Shown here one piece after another: positions 11,838 to 23,179 of a stretch of 64,000 nt of DNA. Both the position numbers and the translations under genes were made by a program. Under the pieces are notes generated by a model. It worked only from the letters and a program-made list of their open reading frames with translations. It did not search any database and had not been told where the DNA came from. This stretch comes from Nymphaea colorata (taxonomy: Eukaryota). Numbering within the stretch: position 1 is the first letter of the stretch; every line of letters begins with the position of its first letter. Where the stretch lies: contig NC_045138.2 in the NCBI RefSeq assembly GCF_008831285.2, forward strand, positions 12,090,001 to 12,154,000, read 5' to 3'.

Positions 11838-13435
11838 TGATGCATTCTATATTTTATGATGCATTGCTGTTAGCTCCTGCTAACACGCCGACAGAAGGTT
11901 ACTCAACTCTAACGAAGCCAGCTCTCAGGTTAGCTTAAAATGATTCTCATGAGCAAATAGGGTGAAACCCCTTGTTTTTAAGCACAAGTATTACAGGTAG
12001 GGCTTATTACGTCTCTGACTCAGCACCCGACCTGACTCATGACTTTAGGACTAGAAATAAAACCTATTGATATTAGGGACCCTGGTTCCTCTGCTAAGGT
12101 CCTCCTGTAACAACCTTTCCCCCTTCAAATCAAATTTTGTCCTCAAGGTGTGAAGTCAGGAAATCGAGCTTGAATGTCCATGTCCACTTTCCAAGTTGCT
12201 GGTAGGTCCTTACAACAGTTCCATTCAATAAGCCATTCAGTCTTCATGTGATTGCGTTGCTAAACTCTGCGGATGCCCAACTTGTGATATGGGTACACTC
12301 TTAAAACTTTTGCAGAACTGGTGCTCCTTTAATCTGAGCTGCAGATGGTGGGGTAGAACAAGGCTTCAACTTAGATACATGGAAAACTGGATGGATTAGA
12401 CTTCTTGCAGGCAAGTGCAGCTCCTAGGCTAAAGACCCAATCCTTCTCTTGATCTGATATGGTCCTACAAATCGAGGGGCCAGTTTGACCTCTCCTTTGG
12501 ATAGAGGAGGCCCTAATCCGTGGTGGGGTCGGCGGAGATAGACCCAGTCTCCCTCTTGGTATTGCTGATCATTCTCTTTCTATTGTATTGAACAACCATT
12601 TGGTTTTTAGCAGCAGCCGGGTGTTGCTTAAGATCCTTGAGTACTTCATCCCTGCAACGGAGTTGAATGTCAACGACCTCCTCATGGGTTGTTCCTGGCT
12701 GATAATGGCATATGTTTGCAGGGGGCCTCCCATAAACTGCCTTGAACGGGTGGTGCCGGTGGAAGAATGCCAGCTCATATTATATGCAAACTCAGCTCAT
12801 GACAGATAGTCTGCCCATAGCGAGTGAAGCAGCGAAGATAGGTCTCTAAGAGATCTTATTAACGATCCTTGTTTGTCCATGCCGATTGAGTATGCTGTTT
12901 TCATTTGCAGCTTGGTGTCTTATAGTCTAAAATATTCATTCCAAAAAGTATTCAAGAAAAGGGAGTCCTGTTCACTCACAATTGATCATGGCATTCCATT
13001 GAGCTTCTCTACTTGATCTTGAAATGCTTTGGCTACCATCTTTGCTGTAAAAGGATGGGCTAAAGGTATGAAGTGTGCATATTTTGAGAGGCAGTCCACT
13101 ACTTCAAAAATGACAGATTCCTGTGTGAAATTGGAAGTCCCTCTACAACATCCATGGAGATGTCCTTCTAGATTTGTTGTGGTATAGGTAAGGACTGCAA
13201 CGACCCTGCTGGTTTTCACGTCTCATCTTTATTTTGCTAACAGATAGCACACTGCTTGACGAACTCAAGGACTCCATGCTTCATTCATGGCCAGTTGAAG
13301 CTTGTCTTTAATCGTTGATAGGTTCCTCCCATGCCCTCGTGTCCTGCCCCCTCGGACCCATGGATGTCTGAAGGAGAATGTTCGAGCTCTGTTTCAGGTA
13401 GGACATAGATTCTGTGCTCGAAATACTACAGAGGT
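11838..13435 (-). mobile_element. 3' part of a degraded Ty3/gypsy chromovirus (Reina-like): integrase, chromodomain, PPT, short 3' LTR
   Basis: GHEGMGGTYQRLKTSFNWP, VVDCLSKYAHFIPLAHPFTA, LAPRFVGPY, HPVFHVSKLK and chromodomain WLIEW...ATW...FPDF. PPT at 12126->12114. LTR starts TGTTAC at 12112; its far end is approximate. Confidence 0.9.
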
Positions 13436-13503
13436 AGATCCGTGGGAATCGTTGGAGTCGGCGCTCTCGGCAGTCAACCGCAGTCCAGCTCTGATACCAC
13501 TTC

Positions 13504-15179
13504 TGTTAGAGTTGGACTGCGGTTGACTGCCGAGAGCACCGACTCCAATGATTCCCATGGATCACGCTCAGCAGAATGGGGGCGATTCATGTTGCAGCGA
13601 TCGTGAAGTGCTCGGGCGAAGCAGGGAGGACGATAGCGGTCTTGATGGAAGGATATCAACGTGGGTGTAGTGGAGGACCGACGATGGTATGACTGGGGTG
13701 ATCGTGGCAGAGAGGCGAGTCGAAAGTGATTGAGAACCATCGGAAGCTTACTGAAAAATCCAATGTAACAGTGTCACTGGTCCCGGAAGGCTTACCACAG
13801 GCAGACAAAGGTATGGATGCATCAAACGATGGCCAAATGGAGCGGAGATGCGTCGGGTGAGTGCGAGGATGATCAGAGTCCTTGGGCGACGCTGGGAGGA
13901 TCTCCTATTGCCAAAAAATGCAGAGGTTCTGCTCGTTGGGATCGGGCTTCAGACGAACAGAGCCACAACTGTTTCCATCATTCGGGCGATCAGTGCACAC
14001 AGAAAGGAAGGGAGAAATCGGAAATGGCGATTCGATCACGTCTGTCAGCACTTGATGGCGAGAAACTCAACTAGGAAATACATCTAGGGATTACAGTCTG
14101 CTACCAAAGGAGATCGAAAAGCCCGTCTCTCTGCGCAAAGACGAGCTGAAAAACCAACGGGAGACCGGCAGCCGAGCGTCTCCAGCGTGTGAGCTAACGG
14201 TCGGTCTAGTTCGCTGACTGAATTGGGACGTCAGACCGGTTTCAGAACACAAACCACCTGGGTTGGGAAACATACCTGGGTTCTTATTCCCGCAAGAGAA
14301 AAATGCACTATCTGAAACCCCCTGAAAACCCACGTCCAGATCCATGTAGCTACACGTGGATCCGGATCTACAAAGCCCGCGGTTCTCATAGACCCGTGTC
14401 CATCACCGCTGGGCGTGTCCCACCTCAAATCTCTCTAGCGCGTCCCGCGCATGTCTTTGAGGCCGAGTCTCTCCTTGCTTGGCGTGTCCGGCTCTGCCAC
14501 TGAACGTGTACTGCCCTGAATGCCATGGTCGTGTCTTCAGCGTGTCCCACTCAAGCATCCTCAGTATCCTGGAGTGTCCCGCATCACCTCCTTTTGTGTC
14601 CCGCTCTAGAATCTGAAACTCGAGTCCTCCCTCTGGATCTAGCGTGTCTCTGCTGGGAATCCTTTCCCTCCTAGCATGTCCCTCTCCACCGGAACTGCAT
14701 GTCCCACCTGGAGAGGAGCAGGTCGAGCCCTTTTGACCCGGTTCAGCTGTGCGTGCACATGAGAGTCGAGTGGGCTTGGCCAGGGTGACTGAAGCATCCA
14801 AGTTCCTCGACAGTGCTCGGTTGGGCCCCCTCAGCACATAACCTCCCTTGCTGAAATCAGCGGACGTGCAAAGCCTCACTAGATTGCTGCCCACGAAAGT
14901 CGCTCGCACGGTTAGCCTCACTTGCCTTCCACCTTGTTCCCTAGCATAGGCCGCTAGCCTCACTTGACTGTCGCCCATGTAGGCTGTGCGTAACATCTGT
15001 GTGGTTAACCTCCCTTGCGCGTGGAGAGGCCTTTCGGAGGTGAGCGACCAGTGATTTAGCCTCCCTAGTGCACGGGAGGGCGTCGGGAATGATGAGAAGG
15101 TGCGCTCCAAATGGTCCCAATCGACGTGGACATTGCAAGCTCTCGGCCATCCTGGCCGAGCAGGTGTCGGGTTGTATCA
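13504..15179 (-). repeat. LTR of element A (1676 bp)
   Basis: TG...CA termini with an adjacent PPT. Direct repeat of 21199-22081; distal half homologous to ~29430-30332. Confidence 0.85.
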
Positions 15180-15399
15180 AATCCACCTCCCTAAGATAGA
15201 GCATGCCCTCAGGCTCTGCGCAGTCTGGCTCGTCACTGAGGCCATGAGCGTTCTTCAAGTGAGGCTCTCTTCCACTGGATCCCATGAAAAGTGACCCAAC
15301 TCCTCAACCGTGCCCGGTGGTACCACCCCTAACTCGGTCTCAGCCCAACCATGCTGCCCCACTTCCTGCTGCTGATGGGTAGGTTCATTCAACCACGTC

Positions 15400-18300
15400 G
15401 AGGGTAGCTGATCTTGCAGCCGTTCTCTCGGGTGGAGTGGCCATCAGGCATGTTGTCTCATTTCTACTGTGGAAGATTTAGTTGCTGCAAACTTCTCCCT
15501 ATGATGCTTGGGGATGACTTTAGTAGCAAGCTACCCCTTTACAAGCGCTCCAAAAAAAAAGGGTCACTTATTGTGAGTCCCCCACGAAGTATCTTGGCAT
15601 CATCAAAGTCCCCAACTTCTTCACTATCGGCAGGCTCACACCAACCTGATATAGTCTGAAGAAGTGTGTTTAACAAGATCAGCATGAGGGTTAAGCTAGC
15701 ATGGGACAGGAAAAATACTGGATGGCCATTACTTCACTGGTGTCCTCTTCAGTCGGGTTGCTGTTGGGCCGAGCTCCTTTCTCAAATCTATTGGGGTTAG
15801 GCATTGTATTACAGCCAATCCATTGCCTATCAATCTCACCATCGCCCAGTTGAGCCTCAGCCTCTAGGTCTTCTTCGCCACTGCCCACTTCTTGAATGGC
15901 AGAAGCTCGGCCTTTAGAACCAGCCTCTTGTGGGCGAACCCCTTGTTTGTGACCAACATGGTTGTGTGCTACCTCTTGGTTGGGAAGGATACTCTTGTCA
16001 AGGACGGGCTGCATCCGGTTAGGCATCTCCCTCTGCCCTTGCCGGAGGATAATACTACCTCGTTTCTTATATTCAGTCCACCCGCGCCAGTCAAAATACA
16101 CTATAGCTGAAGGGTATCTCCCATCAATTCGGACTGCCCAAGGTGTTAACTCTGTTCTGCCCCTAGAATTTCCTTTGTTCGACCTACTGAAATAGGGTAG
16201 GGCGAGCTAAGAAATTTTTGCTCGAGGCAGCTTGCATGCTTCAACTAGTACAGGAGCAAGGGGGCTGTTGGATCCATCCATCCAGAAGCACCCAATGTCG
16301 TCCCCACTATCTGCAGTCTTAGTCCATCCTACCCTGGTTTCGAAGGAAGGGATCTTTTGCAAAAACACGGGGCTAAGCTAGGACAACACTGAGGAGAACA
16401 CGACAGCGCTTCAGGTCTTCTGTCCACCGATTCCAAGTGCTGGAACAAACATATTTCCTGTTGTGAGTCTATTGTATCCAGGTACAAGATCATCGTTCCT
16501 CCCTCGCTCACTGCCTTCGTTCTGTTTCCAGCATGCCATAACGTTCGACATGGCACTGCCTTTCTCCTCCTTCGTTTCCTCTATCGAAACGATCCTAACA
16601 CTGGTCAGCTTAGGTGCAGCCGTTTTATCCACAACTAGGAACACAACTGAGTTGCTGGTATCAGCTGCGTCAATCTGGCAGTATCCTCCTTGACTCGCAT
16701 TCTTTGGTGGAATCAAGGTGCAATCTGCTTGAGGCCTTCCTTCTGTTGGGGGCTCACTTGAGCTGGGGGACTCATTTCTTTCCTGGGTGGTGTTTCCAAG
16801 CAGGTCTACCGGGATATCGACCTCCCTCCGTCTGAGACTACTCCACAATTCTATCGTTGAAAATCTCAGGCACCCCATGACATCAATCCTAAAAGTTTGG
16901 ACTACCATGTGGACGCTTAGGCCAGACCGAGATGCAATAAATCCTTGGCAAAATATCATTCCGAGGTCTGGCTTCAACTTGAAAAATAAATCTCCTCGCA
17001 AAGTTCCTTTCTTCTCAAGGTTAGGAATTGGCTGACATTTATGCCAAGTTTTTGCTTCGCCTCACACCGAAGCACGAGCCTGTTTTGATGCGCTCCCATC
17101 TTTCGCGGGGATGACATCGATGTTTGCACAGGGTGCGATCAGTCACAGGTGCGACTGATGGTGGGTTGCCCTTACTAGTGGGAAGGGGGCTACCCGATGG
17201 ACCTGCTGCTGGATTTAATCCTCCACTGAGTGGCAGAGCAGCATCATCGTCTGCTAAGGCTTCTCCCGCATGATATACTACACCCACAAGCAGCCGATCG
17301 TTGGCAGCTACCCCTGAATTTTGTCTCGGCTGTTCGGCATCCTGAGGAAGTAGGTGCTCTAACCTATCCTTAGTTTCAGGTTGCCCTCCTTCCCTTTCGG
17401 CTTGAGCCTCTCTAGCAGACTTTACAGCTGTGATTTCCACTCCAGATGCACATACACGATGGACTGTCCCTTTTTTAAATCATCAGGGTGTTCGTCGCTC
17501 AAGTTCTACTCAACTTCAGTTTGATAGCCTCCAAAATGCCTCGCCACCTATTACCGCCCCTGCTGCGCATAATCAAGAGTGGATTGAGACCTTCATGCTC
17601 GCTCTCAGGACCTATCCAACGCAAGATGGAGCCTTTCGACTAGTGCGTTAGGGTCTGGTAAGGGGTCCTTTAGGGGCGATGCTATTCGCTGTCTGCTTTG
17701 GTGATTGATCTCAGACCAATGGTCACTTTCTTCATTCCCTTGAGCGTGACGTTCAGACCATGGTGCATGGTCTGATTCCACTCGTGGATCTGAAACCGTG
17801 GGAGCCCATTCTGGCTGGCATCTCTTTTGGCTGTTGGCTCCACTTTTGCCTCCTTCACATTCTCATGAATATTGTTGGGTCTGAACATACCCAGATTGGG
17901 GTGGGCGATGACTGCAAGCTGGCCTAGTTTCATAGCCCCTTGTCTCAGGCCTATCACTTGGTTCTAGAGGGGTTCTTGATGGGAAACGAGCCTTCTGGTT
18001 AGTACCACGAGAAAGGCCTCTCCCTTGGTTGGAACCAGCCGACACCCATTTTAGCTCATAATCTGCTGCTATTCTCCCTATTCTCAGAATGTCCCCTTCC
18101 TAACTCGCATGTAGCTATAAGGTGTCACCCTCTGACCTGAGAGCATGGTACCATGTTCAGACTCTAGGTCCCTTACACAAAATGCCTTGGTTGATTCATC
18201 AAACCACATTTGGAGATGGTCCAAACTGATGCCTGAATGTTCTATAGTAACATCACAGTCTGGCCGTCGTCCCACAATTAATTCGAAGGCCTGGTCATGA

Positions 18301-18798
18301 TTTGTGTTTGGTACCCAAGGTCTGCGAAGGATAAAATCTGATAGGTGAACCCCATTCCGGTAGGTGGTGAGAATAGGAATTGCCCTGCCTTGCATTCAAG
18401 TTCGGCCAAGCTCAAATATGATTGAGATGTAACTATGAGATGGCTCGCTCTTAGGGCTCTTTCTCTCATGCAACGCACCTCCATAGCCATATAAGCTCGG
18501 AGAAGGCGTCTTTTGTTCGTCATGTACTGTCTCTCCCTGTTGATCTGATTGCTCGAAATCAGTCCACTACCAATGCACTTCCTCTTGCTCTGCTTGGTAA
18601 CAGCCACTTCCTTGGGCACAGTATGCTTGATTGTCCTCTCACACATCATAGAATCTATCATCTATTGCATGATTTTGAGTAAGGTAGCCTGCATAATAGT
18701 GAGACTCAGCCCTGCTTGCTTTGCGGAATAGTGAGACTCAGCCGAGCTGTAACTGTAGAAAAAGCCCTCATCGAGTCTTTGTCTTTCCATTCAGCCAT
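15400..18798 (-). pseudogene. Decayed long ORF of element A (starts MAEWKD; FHA domain ~18395-18044)
   Basis: Fragments linked across stops and frameshifts: MAEWKDKD, MIDSMMCERT, FHA VGRRPDCD...ISLDH...VRDLESEHGT...GDILRIG...YELKW, and QTFRIDVMGCLRF. The 3' limit is approximate. Confidence 0.75.
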
Positions 18799-20482
18799 GC
18801 ATAAAGCTGGAAACTACTAGATCTGAAGACACATTGTTGACCTCTTGATACTTGGCTGAAACCAATCACTGCAGTGCCTAACTGCTGGTAAATCCTTACC
18901 TCTCTTGGTGGTCATTACAATGATTCCTTAGCCGGACAATGGATCTACACCCAAACAGATGATACAATCGGTCCCCAAATCCCAAACCTCACAACAACAA
19001 CTCTCAAGGGCTGAGTATAAGGCTTTAATTGTTACAAAGGCGCAATGATACATTTTTGCAAATCGCTCTCAACTCACTCATCAATCAAGCATACATGCTT
19101 AGGAACGCAGCAAACCATGCCCCAAATCCCACGGGTTGGTCTTCCCGCTGCTGGGTTGTGTCTTTCGCAATGTGCACAAGAAAGAGCCCAAAACAGGGGT
19201 GCCGGTGGTGGGTTTGGTACAAAAATGACACTCTTTCCCTCGCAGCTACAGGATGACAGAGTATGATACTGGTCGGGCTCCGACGAAAGAACAACAATGA
19301 TAATGAAGGGGTAGGAAGCCTCCAAAGGTTCTCGCCATGAATCTGCTAAGTGGCAGGTCTGCCCCTTGCAACAAATTACAAAAAGTTCAAATGTTGCAGA
19401 AATGGTGGAGGATAAGGGGAAAATGTTTTAGAGCCACTTCACCGGATCGTAGTGGAGCCCCTGGTTCAAAGATGAGTAGGGGGAAACTATCGTTGGATGG
19501 GCGCTAGCAAACGCCTCTTCCTGTTAGCTGTTACTCTGCTGTAGTTGTTTCAACAGCTCCAAGGTCTCCCAAACAGTATACCTCCTACTGTAGGTGTAAT
19601 ACAGGACAACACAAATCAAGCTCCAATTAAACCAGATGGAAATAGAGCAAGAAGGTCATGGTCATTTCACTGGATATACGAGTGAACCGCATGAGAATCA
19701 AAAACGGGGTGAGGCAGTCGTCGGTTACGCTGGCAAACACATATTCTCCTTTGATAGCTCCGGTGCAGCATTGGCTTCATTACAACAACCTCTCACTATA
19801 GTTTCCAGCTTTCAGACATCAACAATTAAGATCTAAACGAAACAGCAAGAGACAAGCTTAAAGAGTCATGGAGAAGTCACCGGAAGTTTGAGTAAACCCC
19901 AGGAGATGATATAACGGGGTGAAGCAGTCACCGGAAGCACCGACAAATGCGTATTCTCCCACTGGAACTTCGGTGCTTAAGTGTGATTCTTTGTCGACAG
20001 CTTTAGGGACCCTTGTCTCTGGAAAACTCTGCTGCTCCCTATTGGTGAGTCCAAAAATCTTGATATTTGGATAAAAAATAGAAGACGTCTAGAGGAATCC
20101 AGCGCCACCAAGCTCACTGTCTATTTGATCTCCTAGCATAAACGCACCTAGGTTGAAGTCACGCCTCAGCCTGGGTGCTCTGTCGAGTCTCAGCTCAAAC
20201 CTAGTCGCAGGGAACTCCTCAGAACAGATGGTACTCAAAAAAATTGTAGTGCCTTGGTGTGAGCTCTAAAAATTCTCCAATTTGGTGAGGAGGTAGCCAA
20301 GATGAAGACAATTCTGATGGACCTTTGCTCGACCCAAATGGCAGCCGGAGTAATCAACGCCGACATCCTAAAGTCAAGGCAGATTCTGGTCTTTCCATCG
20401 ACTCAGAAGGCTAAGATCGGGTGGAGTCAGATCTGGACACGTGCTTCCAAAGTCGAGGAGACGCTGACACACCCTCGCAAGC

Positions 20483-20654
20483 TTTGACAAGTAGCCGACA
20501 AGAGTGGAGCGAGACAAGTCTGCGGTCGTCGACTCGGTGAGACGAGACTCGCTTCCGGATTCACCGAATTTGACAAGTAGCCGACAAGAGTGGAGCGAGA
20601 CAAGTCTGTGGTCGTCGACTTGGTGAGACGAGACTCGCTTCCGGATTCACCGAA
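20483..20654. repeat. 86 bp tandem duplication in the leader of element A
   Basis: TTTGACAAGTAGCCG...GGATTCACCGAA twice, near identical. Confidence 0.95.
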
Positions 20655-22081
20655 TAAGCCAGACACTACTGCGTTAGACACAGAGAGATGTGCGAGCCTG
20701 GACGTGTCTTGCCTTGGCGTAGACATGAAATAGCAGATTCATCGATGAACAAAGAACTCGAAGGAATGTTCCGCATTCTTCGCGATCGCCTGACAATTCC
20801 TTCCGCAGCCGAAAATTGATGGAAAACTTTGTCGATCTTCTATAGGCTTCGTGCATTCTTGGATGGAATTTGACGATCCATAGCTCGTTGGATACAGAAA
20901 TTTGTTAAGAGTCTTCTCGTATGATCATCTACATGCTTTGGATCTACGGTCAGCCGGAATCGGTGCCAAAATCTCTCAATCTCCACTGAAAATGGGAAAA
21001 TAGAAAATAGAAATCAATGGCAATGAATTGGGATTTCGGCATCGATTCCGGCCGACCGTAGATCCAAAGCTGTTGATTTGCTTGGTAATTTCTCCAGTGA
21101 AGGCTCAGATTCAGCTGAATTTCTCTACTAGGTACCGCCACTTCTTAGTCTTCAATCTCTTGATCACCGTGGGCTAAGCGATGCTCTCATACCGCTTCAG
21201 TTAGAGCCAGACTACGGTTGACTATCGAGCGCAACGACACCAACGATTCCCACAGATCACGCTCAACAGAATGGGGGCGATTCATGTTGCAGCGACTGCG
21301 GAGTGCTTGGGCGAAGCAGGGAGGACGATAGTGGTTTGGATGGAAGGATATCAACGTGGGTGCAGCGGAGGACCGACGATGGTATGATTGAGGTGATCGT
21401 GCCAGAGAGGTGGGTCAAAGGCGATCGAGAACTGTCGGAAGCTCACCGAAAAATCCAATGCAATAGTGTTACTTGTTCCGAAAGGCTTACCGCAAGCAGA
21501 TAGAGGTATGGATGCCTCAGACGATGGCCAAATGCAGCAGAGATGCGTCAGATGATTGCAAGGACAATTGGAGTCCTTGGGTGCCGACAAGATCTCTTGC
21601 TGCCTGAAAATGTAGAGGTTTTGCTCGCTGGGATTGAACTTCAAACGAACAGACCCATGACTATTTTGGTCATTCGGGCGATCAGTGCACATAGAAAGGA
21701 AAGGGAGAAACCGAAAATGGCGATTCGATCACATCGGCACTTGATGGCCGGAAACTCAAATGGAAAATACATCCAGGGATTACAGTCTGCTACCAGAGGA
21801 GATCAAAAAGTCTCTCTGCACAGAGACGAGCTGAAAAACCAGTGGGAGGGAGGTGGGCTCAACCGGTCTTGCACGTGCGAGACCGACTCAACCGAGCGTC
21901 TCCCGCATGTGACCTAACGTTTAGTCTGGTTCGCCAATTGAATCAGGACGTCAGATCGGTTTCATAACACAAACCACCCGGGTCGGGAAACATACCCGGG
22001 TTCTTATTCCCGCAAGAGAAAAACGAGTTCGTGCCCTATCTGGAAACCCCATGAAAAACTCTCGTCCAGATCCATGTAGCT

Positions 22082-23175
22082 CGGGTATGACGGCGAATAC
22101 TGATTTTGTGCTGCAAACACTCAGGTATCGCTGGAAAGAGGGAAAACAGGACTTGCGATTAGCAATCGATCTAATCCAGCGCAAAAATCCCAAAATGAGG
22201 GGGCAGAAGGACTCATCGTTCATGGATCAACCTTATGGGATTTATCAACCGGTTAAAAACAACGGAGGAGGCCCCAAATCGATTGGAGATCGTTCGAAAA
22301 AAAAGTCTGCAATGGCTTTTGCCTGAAAACAACGACGCTTCTAAAATCAATTTCTCACCAACGGTGACTCCAAAAATTCTCCAAATTTGTACAGAGGATC
22401 CTAAGACATAGACGAATCCAACGACCCACTGCTTAACAGATGAATCCACCCAAACAAATGGCGTAGGGGCTTTGAGTCACCGATTCTGTATATTATGTTG
22501 TCTGCACTTGGCGAAGCCGTTCTAATACCGTCTGCAACTTGATGAATCACCACTGGTGAGCGTATACTCTGACACCAACTGATGCGACCACACTGCCGAG
22601 AAGCGGCCCTAGCATCGTCACTACCCTAGGATCACGCTCAACAGTGGCGGATTGGACTCAGTTTCGTGGTCTGCTACTGGTTCTCCCTCTATCGTAGGAA
22701 CATGGAGAAGAGATGCGATCATCAGAGGCCAAAATGGAAATGGAATGGGCTTGTGAGCATGGAGGGATGATAGCGAAGATTATGGCGACAACAGTGGAGT
22801 GGTTTGTCGCCAGAATACGCTGGAGATGAGGGCGGAAGGCAATGAAACTGTGATCAGATGGATGAACGCTTGAGTCTGCCGTGACATAGGAACAGGCGAG
22901 ATTGTCAAGTCCAGGCGGGTGTATCACCGCCAGTTAACTCTCCGGTCTGTGGTAAGAGCTTACCCAAAGAGTCGTGCAGTGATCGGAGGACTAAGGTCGC
23001 CGAAGATGCACCACGTCGCCGAAAAACGATGCCCTATATGCCATCAAAGAACCAGTCGTCGCACAACATGTTGTCTGCTCCTATCGTCAGATTTTAGGAA
23101 TTTTTGCTAGGAATAAAAGAGAATACCATCGTGGCAATTTTGATCAAACTTGCTGATAAATTGGGTACTGGAAAA
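22082..23175 (-). mobile_element. Partial extra copy of element B (U5 part of LTR, PBS, leader)
   Basis: Direct repeat of ~28120-29160. PBS TGGTGTCAGAGT at 22577->22566; LTR edge at 22580. Confidence 0.8.
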
Positions 23176-23179
23176 ATGA

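Larger units (their letters stand above)
13504..22081 (-). mobile_element. Non-autonomous LTR element A carrying an FHA-domain ORF
   Basis: Full 3' LTR 15179->13504 (TGATAC...CTAACA). PPT AGGGAGGTGGATT at 15192->15180. PBS at 21194->21183. Partial 5' LTR 21199-22081 is homologous to 13504-14351. No gag/RT/INT motifs seen internally. Confidence 0.85.
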
